Below are positions 49,294 to 62,232 of a stretch of 64,000 nucleotides of DNA, piece after piece. Numbering within the stretch: the stretch's first letter is position 1; every line of letters starts with the position of its first letter. This DNA comes from Octopus sinensis (lineage: Eukaryota): positions 15,562,001 to 15,626,000 of the forward strand of contig NC_043023.1 in assembly GCF_006345805.1 (NCBI RefSeq), written 5' to 3'. A program made the position numbers and the translations under genes. Below the pieces are notes generated by a model. It did not search any database and had not been told where the DNA came from. It saw nothing but the letters and a program-made list of their open reading frames with translations.

Positions 49294-51003
49294 ATGACAA
49301 AAGAAAGAGAAAAATTATCATACCAATGTGATATCTGTAAAAAGACTTTTTCTAGTAAGGGAAATCTCACTGTTCACAAATTCATTCATGCAGGTAGGAA
49401 GCCATATCACTGTGATGTCTGTGGTAAATCATTCTCTCAGAAAAGTAACCTTACCTCTCACAAATACAGTCATACAGGTGAGAAACCATATCACTGTGAT
49501 ATTTGTGGTAAATCATTCTCTGATAAAAGTCACCTTACTAGACACAAATCCACTCATACAGGAGAGAAACCATATCACTGTGACATCTGTGGTAAATCTT
49601 TTGCATTAAAATATAATTTAACTACTCACAAATTCATTCATACAGGTGAGAAACCATATCAGTGTGATATTTGTGGTAAAACATTCTCTCAAAAAATTCA
49701 CCTTACTAATCACAAATTCATTCATACAGGTGAGAAACCATATCACTGTGATATTTGTGGTAAATCATTCCCCTATAAGCATAGCCTTACTTATCACAAA
49801 GTCAGTCATACAGGGGAGAAACCACATCCCTGTTATATATGTGGTATATCATTCTCCCAGTTAGGTGACCTAACTAGACACAAATACAGTCATACAGGTG
49901 AGAAACCATATCAGTGTGATATTTGTGGTAAATCATTCTCTCATATCAGTAGCCTTACCTCTCACAAATCCATTCATACAGGAGAGAAACCTTATCACTG
50001 TGACATCTGTGGTAAATATTTTGCATTAAAATATAATTTAACTACTCACAAATTCATTCATACAGGTGAGAAACCATATGAATGTCGTATTTGTGGTAAA
50101 TCATTCTCCCATAAGCAGAGCCTTACCTATCACAAATACATTCATACAGGGGAGAAACCACATCAGTGTGAGATTTGTGGTATATCATTCTCCCAGTTAG
50201 GTGACTTAACTAAACACAAATACAGTCATACAGGAGAGAAACCATATCACTGTGATATTTGTGGTAAATCATTCTCCCATAAGAGTAGCCTTACTTATCA
50301 CAAATACATTCACACAGGTGAGAAACCATATCAGTGTCATATTTGTGGTAAATCATTCCCTCAAAAAAGTAACCTTAATTCTCACAAATCCATTCATACA
50401 GGTGAGAAACTATATCAGTGTGATATTTGTGGTAAATCATTCTCTCAAAAAATTCACCTTACTAATCACAAATTCATCCATACAGGTGAGAAACCATATC
50501 ACTGTGATATTTGTGGTAAATCATTCTCCTATAAGCATAGCCTTACTTATCACAAAGTCAGTCATACAGGGGAGAAACCACATCCCTGTGATATTTGTGG
50601 TATATCATTCTCCCAGTTAGGTGACTTAACTAGACACAAATTCATTCATACAGGAGAGAAACCATATCAATGTCGTATTTGTGGTAAATCATTCTCTCAA
50701 AAAAGTCACCTTGATTTTCACAAACACATTCATACAGGAGAGAAACCATATCAATGTCGTATTTGTGGTAAATCATTCTCTCAAAAAAGTCACCTTGATT
50801 TTCACAAACACATTCATACAGGAGAGAAACCATATCAATGTCGTATTTGTGGTAAATCATTCTCCCGGAAGCATAGCCTTACTTATCACAAATCCATTCA
50901 TACTGGAGAGAAACTATATGAGTGTGATATTTGTGGTAAATCATTGTCTTGCTTGCGCTCTTTAACCTCTCATAAAAACATTCATACAGGAGAGAAACCA
51001 TAG
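49294..51003 (+). CDS. C2H2 ZNF-6, intact 20-finger protein without effector domain (569 aa from ATG 49294)
   Basis: Uninterrupted ORF, 20 x 28-aa C-x2-C-x12-H-x3-H units with TGEKP linkers; the family's first ATG is mutated to TTG, so the second Met (MTKEREKL) is used. Confidence 0.9.
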   Translation: MTKEREKLSYQCDICKKTFSSKGNLTVHKFIHAGRKPYHCDVCGKSFSQKSNLTSHKYSHTGEKPYHCDICGKSFSDKSHLTRHKSTHTGEKPYHCDICGKSFALKYNLTTHKFIHTGEKPYQCDICGKTFSQKIHLTNHKFIHTGEKPYHCDICGKSFPYKHSLTYHKVSHTGEKPHPCYICGISFSQLGDLTRHKYSHTGEKPYQCDICGKSFSHISSLTSHKSIHTGEKPYHCDICGKYFALKYNLTTHKFIHTGEKPYECRICGKSFSHKQSLTYHKYIHTGEKPHQCEICGISFSQLGDLTKHKYSHTGEKPYHCDICGKSFSHKSSLTYHKYIHTGEKPYQCHICGKSFPQKSNLNSHKSIHTGEKLYQCDICGKSFSQKIHLTNHKFIHTGEKPYHCDICGKSFSYKHSLTYHKVSHTGEKPHPCDICGISFSQLGDLTRHKFIHTGEKPYQCRICGKSFSQKSHLDFHKHIHTGEKPYQCRICGKSFSQKSHLDFHKHIHTGEKPYQCRICGKSFSRKHSLTYHKSIHTGEKLYECDICGKSLSCLRSLTSHKNIHTGEKP

Positions 51004-51036
51004 CACTGTAATATCTGCAGTAAATTACACTAAGTC

Positions 51037-51717
51037 AGATCTTTTCCTTTTGAACGGCAGTTTTTAACAATATTTCTAGTTAACCAAACACTTTTAAACT
51101 TCGTATACTGGTAGAATGTATCAAAATAAACATTTTTTTCTTTTGGCTTTCTTGAGAAAATTGTAATTTGTAAGTTTAATGTAGTTTAATTTTTCGAATT
51201 TTAACCAATGCTATGCCTTCTATTGAGGTAAAATTATTTGCTGCGTCTAAAACTGAGGCAACATCCTGTCACTAACCCTAACCCTAAATTTGTGCCTTTC
51301 ATTTTTTTTTTTCTTAATTCTTAAATTAATTTAATCGTTTCGCGTTTGTCTAAAATTATTTATTTTGTTTTTGTTGGGTTTTTGCTTTCGTTTTAGCCTT
51401 TTGTTTTTTTTTTCGTAATTGTTATCCTTAAATTAATTTAACATTTGAGAAAAAAAAAAAAGGAAAGGCTAGAATTTAGGGTTAGGGTGATGTTGTCTCA
51501 GTTTTAGACGCAGCAAATGATTTTAGCTCATTAGAGGCCATTGATTGGTTAAAATTCTAAAAATTAAACTGCATTAAACTTACAAATTACAATTTTCTCA
51601 AGAAAGCCAAGAGAAAAAAATGTTTTATTTTGACACATTCTACCAGTAAACGAAGTTTTAAAGTGTTTAGTTAACTAGAAATTGTGTTGAAAACCGCCGT
51701 TCAAAAGAAAAAGATCA
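51037..51717. mobile_element. Family A fold-back MITE 33 nt after the ZNF-6 stop
   Basis: Homologue of 6263-6931. Confidence 0.85.
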
Positions 51718-54700
51718 GGTATTTCTCCTGCGTCTGTCTTACCAGAAATATATAGCATCAGTGGTGCTTTTCCCTGGCATGAACCCAAACTGCATCTCAT
51801 CTAAACTGACTCTCTCCCTAATTAGTTAATAATTATTTACTTTGTGTGAAAAAATTATTTACCTTGTTTTAAAATAAAAAAAATTATTTGATATACAGCC
51901 TTTAAATACATACCAAAATTCTTTGAGTGTAGTCCGCCCTTGAGTCTAATACTCAGGGTAATTTTTAGGGGGCTGTACCTCTGAAAAACCTAAACCTTGT
52001 GTATAATATGCACCCTTTCTCTAACCTGAGTCAAGGAGGTCTACATAACATCCTTGGTTTGTAAAAATGTATATGGTAACATCCTTTCTTATTATTGTAT
52101 ATATAACAATGCAAACGTGTAGCCTTTTTGTGTATTTTGTTTGCAGAAAATAAAGAAATAACAGTAAAACCTAAACCTTGTGTATAATACGCACCCCTTC
52201 TCTACCCTGAGTGAAGGAGGTCTGTATAACATCCTTTATTATTATTGTATATATAATATAATGCAAACGTGTAGCTTTTTTGTGCATTTTGTTTGCAGAA
52301 AATAAAGAAATAACAGCAATAATGTTTAATAAATGTTACTTACTGCAAGTCATGGTTGATTCTTTTATGACTTCATTACTTTCAGGCTTAGCTTAAGGTA
52401 TTTTCACACCCGACATCACAAAATGCGTCTGAATAAACATTGCCGGAGAGCAAAGAGAGACTTGGACATTGCTTAGAAAATATTTTCATTTTTAACCTCG
52501 TGTATAATCCGTACCTGGGATTTGACCTTTAAATGTTTGGGGAAAAAATGTGGATTATACTCAAGGATTTACAGTACGTGCTTTGCACATGTACGCATCT
52601 ATTAATTTGCATACGTGCACTCGCGCTAGGTAGTCGAAGGATTGACTAGTCACAACTACCTAGCGCGATGGTGTGCAGCGGGACCACTTTTCGTAAATAG
52701 TACTCAGCGCCTGTAACCAGTCAAGTCGTGGGTCACTCTGGTAATTAATATATATATAACAATTATAGGTGGTTTTACGTTTTCCACAATGATATGTACT
52801 ACCAGGGTGCCACCAATCTTATTGAATATGAGAAGGCTGTTTTTCCTGAGATGTATATTAACACGCAGATGTCTGTACTTCGTACAAGTTTGCGCTGATC
52901 TTTTCCTTTTGAATGGCAGATGTCAACACAATTTCTAGTTAACTAAACACTTTTAAACTTCGTATACTGGTAGAATGTGTTTATAAAACATCATTTTTAC
53001 AGAAAATGGGATTTTTTTCTAATGGTGTCAAATGAAAATGTCACCAATAATTATAACCCTAGTATCGATCTTTGCATTTCAATCTATTTTAGGGTTAGGT
53101 TTGGTTAGGGTTAGGGGTGGGGGAAGGGTATCTTTATTGTACCACTACTGCATAAATCTCTCAGATATTTAGAAATGTATTGGATCTTTTCGGTTTGAAC
53201 GGCAGTTTTTCTAGCGGTGTCATATGAAATGGTCACCCATTATTATGACCCTAGTATCAATCTATTGCATTTCAATCTCTTTTAGGGTTAGGGGTGGGAG
53301 AAGGGTATTTTTTTTCTTCACAAATGTAAATAAACCCAATCTGTTTCTTAAAAGAGGGACATGTTCATACGCCACAGAATGTTTTCACCTCAATAAATGT
53401 CATTGATTGCTTGAAATTGAAGAAATAAAACTGAACAATGGCATACATATATACATACGTACATACATACATACATGCGGACTGTTGCTATAGCAACGAA
53501 GCTAAGATACAGAGTGAAGCCACTTGGGAAAGATTGACTCTAAACTCTGCTGTGCTTTCACACTAAGTGTTAACATTTTAGCTCTCTTCTGCTGTTTGCA
53601 GCAAAGCTTGGAAGGAAGGTGTGTAGTGTGTGATTGTCAAATTGAGCATCATAGAGAAAGTTTAGCAGAGAATCTGCATCAGATTTTGCCAAAATCAGGG
53701 CAATACCTGCTCAGAGGCCCACACAAATTTTCATCATTCTTGACACAATCAAGGGAATCTTGCATAACTTATTTCTTTATAACCCACAAGGGGCTAAACA
53801 CCCAAAGGACCGACGCACGGATTAAGTCCGTTATATCGACCCCGAAAAGATGAAGAGCAAAGTCGACCTCGGCGGAATTTGAACTCAGAAGATTACGGCA
53901 GATGAAATACAGCTACGCATTTCGCCCAGCGTGCTAACATTTCTGCCAGCTCACCGCCTTGTATAACTAAAACCTGAGTGTCCCCTGGCGGTCAGACAGG
54001 AAACCAAAATGAAAATGAGATTTAAAGAGAGTAATCTCCCTCGACCTTCATAAATATTTTAGAAGCTTCCTATAAACTTCCAGATGACATAGCAGTCAGG
54101 GACTTCTGGCTTATCCCTAATATAAAGCGGAACATTCTAATTTTGTGCCACCCTTGCGTTGACTCCTGACTTCTAGACATGCATTGACTCAGGTCACACA
54201 CATACACACCCGCAAGTGCATGTGTTTGCCTTATTTTGCTTTGAGACGTGGTTGCAAAATATGTTCATCTGATGTTACAAGCTTTTCCTTCAATTAACCT
54301 TATATGTCAACGCATTACCTCTGGATCTTGCCTGAGTAGGGTTTCCTCTCCAAAGACCTTCCGCTGTTCAGCTCTCTTGAGAATTTCCTACCATTGTCTT
54401 ATTTTAACATTTCATCAGTGACTGGGAAATATATTTCCTTCACACTCCTTTTCTCACATGGTTACCATCTACTCAATGGCTCCATCGCATATTCACTAGA
54501 TAACCACAATCGTTAGCATTTAATGAACAAACTTATCCCTTCGTTTATCTCTCATCACTGTATCTTAGCATCTAACACCAAGTATTTTCTATATTAAATA
54601 ATATCAACAAATTATATAACTTCAAAACAAACATTTATTGTAGATCAGTTTGGAGAAATGTGTAACTTTTATCATACATTGATCAAGTGTGAATTCTATG

Positions 54701-56155
54701 CTGTATCATCAATTGTATAAGCTCATAAGGGACACGTTTGGATAGGGTTGCCAAATTAGAAAATCATATATATGGGACACTTTTAAAATCTCTCTCTATA
54801 TATATATTTATACATGCCTACACACCCAACATAATACATAAAAGCAGAGAGATAAGTTAAAAAGATAATGCAATTATTTTAATGGGTTATGAAGTCAAAA
54901 TTATTTAATACAAGCTAAAGAAATAATAAATTCTATTAAAGTGAAATAATTTGAAAATATTTCTTTAATACAGACAACAGAGAAATAAGCAAACAATATC
55001 TTGTGTAATGTGTACATATAGGCGTAGGAGTGGCTGTGTGGTAAGTAGCTTGCTTACGAACCACATGGTCCCAGGTTCAGTCTCAGTGTGTGGCACTTTG
55101 GACAAGTGTCTTCTACTATAGCCTCGGGCCGACCAAAGCCTTGTGAGTGGATTTGGTAGACAGAAACTGAAAGAAGTCCCTTGTATATATGTGTGTGTGT
55201 GTGTGTATATGTTTATCCCCCAAACATCGCTTGGCAATTGATGCTGGTGTGTTTACGTCCACCATAACTTAGCGGTTCAGCAAAAGTGACCGATAGAATA
55301 AGTACTAGGCTTACAAACAATAAGTCCTGGGTCTATTTCTCAAATAAAGGCGGTGCTCCAGCATGGCCACTGTCAAATGCCTGAAACATGTAAAATAGAT
55401 AGGTTTCCCTATTTTCTTCCATGTATCCATATTTATTATATGTGCAACAGTATAACTACCAAATTAAAAATATGTTCTGGTGTTGCTTTGTTAAATGAAT
55501 CCTTCGAGCTGATACTTCAGCCTGGTCGCAGTATAATTATACAGAATTTAAATGAAACACACATATACGCACACGTTTCTGTGTACTGAAACATGTGTTT
55601 GTGTATTTACGTATGTAGGTACTTCTCTAGACACGTACACGTCCATCCATCCATCTTTCCTTCCTACTTTCTCCCTTCCCTCATATTCCTGGTCAACTTT
55701 GGTATGGTCTCCCTAGCGCTAACAACGTTGCAGTGTGTATAAGGTGTTTGTCTCTTACTACCAACATCAGAGGGGGGCGCCGAATAACTGTAGGACAGGA
55801 AGAAATATGGAAAGGGAAAAGTTCTTCAGTTCTATATTTAAGAGGTGAGGAATTATTTACATTCTTCTTCTTATTATTATCCAGGTCACTGTCTGGAATC
55901 GAACACTTATCCGTCAAATGTAAATAATGTACATAATTCCTCATCTCTTAAATATAGAACTGAAGAACTTTTCCCTTTCCTTATGTACGTATTCAGATAA
56001 GTACGTACGTACATAAATACACAAGCACATGTTTCAGTACACAGAAACGTGTGCGTATATGTGTGTTTCATTTAAATTCTGTATAATTATACTGCGACCA
56101 GGCTGAAGTATCAGCTCGTAGGTTTCATTTAACGAAGCAACACCAGAACATATTT

Positions 56156-56812
56156 ATCGGTCACTTATGCTGAAGCGCTATGTTATGGGGACGTAAACAC
56201 ACCAGTATTGGTCGTCAAGCGATGTTGGGGGGAGAAACACAGACACAAACTTATACACACACATATATATGATGGACTTCTTTCAGTTTCCGTCTACCAA
56301 ATCCACTCACAAGGCTTTGGTCGGCCCGGTGCTATAGTAGAAGACACTTGACCAATGTGCCACGTAGTGGGACTGAACCCGGAACCTTATGGTTCATAAG
56401 CAAGCTACATACCACACAGCCACTCCTGCGCCTATACTCTTTACTCGTTTCAGTCATCTGACCACGGCCATGCTGGAGCACCGCCTTTAATCGAGCAACT
56501 TGACCCCAGGACTTATTCTTTTGTAAACCCAGTACTTATTCTATTGGTCTCTTTTGCCGAACTGCTAAGTAACAGGGACATAAACACACCAGCATCGGTT
56601 GTCATGCAATGGTAGGGGGACAAACACACGCATATATATATATACACGACGGGCTTCTTTCAGTTTCCGTCTACCAAATCCACTCACAAGGCTTTGGTCG
56701 GCCCGAGGCTATAGTAGAAGACACTTGACCAATGTGCCACGTAGTGGGACTGAACCTGGAACCTTATGGTTCATAAGTAAGCTACTTACCATACAGCCAC
56801 TCCTACGCCTAT
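56156..56812 (-). mobile_element. Two adjacent SINE family 1 copies (truncated ~56156-56435; full ~56445-56812)
   Basis: Two cagccactcct.cgcct heads on the minus strand. Confidence 0.8.
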
Positions 56813-59639
56813 GTTGATAAAAACAGCAAAATTTCTTTGTAGCATGATGGGTGACAAATTAATTTCATAGGCGAAATGTGGGGATACGTCACATTTCAAG
56901 TGAAAGCACGCAAGGAGAATGTCTTCATTAAAAATGTTGATTATCTGTTTGGTACTATTTTTTTTTTCTTCTTGTTTCAGCTCAGAGCTGTGGCCATGCT
57001 GATGCACTGCCGTTTTGTGCTACACTGTTATTACGAAGAACCTCCTCCAATATGTGGCACTTCGTGAAGAATGGAGTTTGATATAGCTACATATATACAT
57101 ATATATATAGACGAAATACCGCTAAGCATTTCGCCCGGCCTGCTAACGTTTCTGCATCATCATCATCGTTTAATGTCTGCTTACCTTGATGGCATGGGTT
57201 GGACTGTTTGACCGGGGTCTGGGAAGCCAGATGGCTGCACCAGGCTCCAGTCTGATCTGGCAGTGTTTCTACAGCTGGATGCCTTTTTCTCCATGCCGAG
57301 CAGGGCCATCTCCCTGACAGGATCTGTCTATGGTCTTTCAATCCAGATCTTGCTTCCATACCTGAAATTTGTTCCCTAATTGTGGTAGGGATTCAGCAAT
57401 AATAACAAGGTCATCCGCTTGGAAGAGATCCCAAGGGCAGCCAATCTTAAATTCCTACATAATGCCGGCCACGATCAGTTGTGCTTTTTACCGGCATGGA
57501 AGCCAGTCAAGGTGGTGCTGGCATCAGCCATGTTCGGATGGTGCTTTTTACTTGCCACTGGCACAGATATCACAACTACAATTTCAATTGATTTTTTGAT
57601 GTTAATGTACTTGACTCAATAGGTCTCCTCAAATATCAATATAAGTTCCATGGATCAAGGTGTAGAATTGTATCAAGTAGAAGCACCAGCGATGCTATCT
57701 TCCTGGTGAGGCAAAAGCAGAAGTACTTGGTCAAAGATATATCTTTGCATTTGGATTTTGTTGACATGGAGAAAGCTTTTGACAGAGTCCCCTACTCTAT
57801 TATTTGGTGAGCAATAGAGAAGCTAAGTTTTTTGGCTCAAAAAGCAAAAAGCAAGGCCATGTAGGGGGACATGGAGTTATGTACAGGGAGAGTGGTCATA
57901 CAGAGTTCAGCCTTTTGTGGTCAAGAGGGTCTTTGAACCGAGTGGTCGTCGGCATCTTCACTATCTCATCCAGCAGCTTACTCCACGGATCCGCAACCCG
58001 GACTGAGAAAGCCCCTCTCCTTTGATTGAGATGAAATTGTCGTAAATAGAGCTTTTTGTAGTGACCCCGCAGTGGACGTTCTGGAGCAGGAGTGAAGAAC
58101 AGCTCTTTCGAGAGGTTACACTTTCTGCTTATGATGTTGTGAGCAAGAATGAGATCACCACAGCATCGTCGTTTAGGGAGAGATGAGTGGTTGGTGAGAC
58201 ATGCAAAAGCTATGTATAGGGATGCTGTCAGTAAGGTAAATGTCACCAATGAGTATAGCATGAATTTTAGTGTCAAAATAGGAGTCCACCAAGGATCGTT
58301 TTTCACCCCACTCTTGTTTATCATAGTCCTGCAAGCAATAACAGAGGAATTTAAGATTGGCTGCCCTTGGGATCTCTTCCAAGCTGATGACCTTGTTATT
58401 ATTGCTGAATCCCTACCAAAATTAGAGAACAAATTTCGGATCTTTTCCTTTTGAACGGCACTTTGTAACATAATTTCTAGTTAACTAAACACTTTTAAAC
58501 TTCGTATACTGGTAGAATGTGTTTATAAAACATCAATTTTTCTTGACTTTATTGAGAAAATCCTATTGTTTGTAAGATATTTCGTCAGAAAATTCGAGTA
58601 TTTTGGCAATTTTAACCAATCACTGGAGTCTATTTAGGTAAACATTCCGTGCTGTATGAATATGTCCCTCCTTTAAGAAACAGATTGGGTTTATTTACAT
58701 TTGTGAAGAAAAAAAGATACCCTTCCCACACCCCTAACCCTAACTCTAAAATAGATTGAAATGCAATAGATCGATACTAGGGCCAAAATAATGGGTGATA
58801 TTTTCATTTGTCACCGCTAGAAAAAAATCCCACTTTCTGTAGCGGTGTCGTATGAAATTGTCATCCATAATTATGGCCCTAGTATCGATCTATTGCATTT
58901 CAATCTCTTTTAGATTTAGGGTCGGGGTGGGGCAATGGTATCTTTTTTTTCTTCAAAAATGTAAATAAACCCAATCTGTTTCTTAAAGGAGGGACATATT
59001 CATTATGCACAGAATGTTATTTACCTAAATGGAGAGCAGTGATTGGTTAAAATTGCCAAAATATCTTACAACCTACAGAATTTTCTCAATTAAAGCCAAG
59101 AAAAAATGATGTTTTATAAACAAATTCTAATAGTATACGAAGTTTAAAAGTGTTTAGTTAACTAGAAATTGTGTTGAAAAGCGCCGTTCAAAAGGAAAAG
59201 ATCCCAAATATCAGGTATGGAAGCAAGATCTGGATTGAAAAACTATACAGTAAATTTAGCAAAGACCAAAGACAGATCTTGTCAGAGAGATGGCCCTGCT
59301 CGGCATGTAGAAAAGATGTCAGGAGAAACTCCATGTAGTGTACCCAGTACAAGCTATGGACACATATTGTTCATTTGATTATAGGCTGGAGATTGTGGGA
59401 TAGCCTAAGCATGTCCAGCAGAGAACAACTGATCATCGTTGGGAACTGGAATGTGATACAATGGTGTCGGAATAACATATCCACAAGAAAACAGCAAATT
59501 AATGTAATTAAAATTGTTTGAATGAAAACCACACACATCATAATTAATGAGTTGATGCAAATGAGGAAAATGTAAAAAATTTATTTGTCTCAAAAAAAGT
59601 AATACAATTGCTGTATTTTATTCCCCATTTTATCACTGG

Positions 59640-60422
<783 letters not shown>

Positions 60423-61307
60423 CTATGATTTCTCTCCTGTATGAATGTATTTGTGTCTATTAAAATTACTTTTACGAGAGAATGATTTACCACAGATATC
60501 ACAGTGATATCGTTTCTCTCCTGTATGAATGTATTTGTGTCTATTAAGGTTACTTTTTCCAGAGAATGATATACCACAGATATCACACTGATATGGCCTT
60601 TCATTAGTGTGAGTAAGTTCATGAACAGTTAAATTACTTCTCACTACAAAGGATTTACCACAGATATTGCAGTGATATGGTTTCTCTCCTGTATGAATTG
60701 ATTTGTGATAAGTAAGGCTAATCTTATGAGGGAATGATTTACCACAAATATTGCAGTGATATGGCTTCTCACCTGTATGTGTAAGTTTGTGAGTAATTAA
60801 ATGACTTTTAAATGAAAAGGATTTATCACAGATATCACAGTGATATGGTTCCTCTCCTGTGTGAATGTATTTGTGAGAAGTCAGGCTACCTTTTTGAGAG
60901 AATGATTTACCACAAATATCACATTTATATGGTTTCTCTCCTGTATGAGTGTATTTGTGAGAATCAAGGTGATTTCTTTGAGAGAATGATTTACCACAGA
61001 TGTCACAGTGATACGGTTTCTCTCCTGTATGAATGTATTTGTGATGAGTAAGGCTACTCCTATTAGAGAATGATTTACCACAAATACCACATTGTTATGG
61101 TTTCTCTCCTGTATGAATGTATTTGTGATGAGTAAGATGATCTTTTTTAGAGAATGATTTACCACAGATATCACAGCGATATTGCTTTCCACTTGGATCA
61201 ATACACTTGTGAACAGTGAGATTTGCTGTATTAGAAAAAGTCTTTTTACAGATATCACATTGGTCTGATAATTTTTCTCTTTCTCTTGTCATCTCCGGTG
61301 GATTCAT
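60423..61307 (-). pseudogene. C2H2 ZNF-7, 10-finger frame broken by a single in-frame TAA (61095-61097)
   Basis: 885 nt = leader + 10 x 84 nt + TAG with no indel; TAA replaces the linker Tyr after finger 2; finger 1 ends HKCID. Confidence 0.85.
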
Positions 61308-62017
61308 TATTCTTCTGCAGTATACGACCCCAAAATATATTTTTCTTTTCTTCTTTATAAATGTCTTTGTTGATTCAAATACTTCTACTGCTATATTTAC
61401 AGCAAATCTGATCTTCTCGAATATCTGAAGATAATACAAAGACCTTCACAGATTTTTCCAAATTCAAACAGAATGTAAAATACTGGCAATGAAGAAAACA
61501 AACGTTCGTATTAATTCCAAAGAAATATTTCACAGTTATTCACCATAGATTTGTAATAGAAACAGGGTTATATATATTATTTATAATATCTTCCATTAGT
61601 CTTCAAAGGATGATCAATATTCATGATGTATCTGATGTAAAAACTCCTTTATAGCACTAACATCTCATATTCTGAAATGACACAGAAACAGTAGAAGATA
61701 TATTTTATCTCTTTATTTTTTTTTTTTTTGCGAAATACGGAGTTTATGATTCATGTGTGAGTGTGTGTTCTTGATACTCGTTTAGAACAAGTAGTTTTAC
61801 ACATATTACACTATTTTTTTTTTTGTTTTGGTGCCCGGGTCAGCCCCTCAGACGCTTTCGGAACTTCCCGATGTGAATTTTCCGAGGCCTCTTCCCCACC
61901 CCCCTTTCGCGTGCGCGAATTTTTTTTTTCATATTCGTTCATAGGAAGTTGTTTTACACCTATTACACACATTTTTTTTTTGATTTTCTGATATTTGTTA
62001 CGCCCTATATTAACCGG

Positions 62018-62232
62018 AAAGAAGCCCGTCGTACATATGTGTATATGTATGTTTATGTGTCTGTGTTTGTCACCCTAGCATCGCTGGACAACCGATGCTG
62101 GTGTGTTTACGTTCCCGTAACTTAGCGGTTCGGCTAAAGAAACCCAATAGAATAAATCCTGGGGTCGATTTGCTCGACTGAAAGGTGGTGCTCTAGCATG
62201 GCCACAGTCAAATGATTGAAACAAGTAAACGA
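62018..62232 (+). mobile_element. SINE family 1, 5'-truncated
   Basis: gaaagaagcccgtcgta...ggccacagtcaaatgattgaaacaag. Confidence 0.75.
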
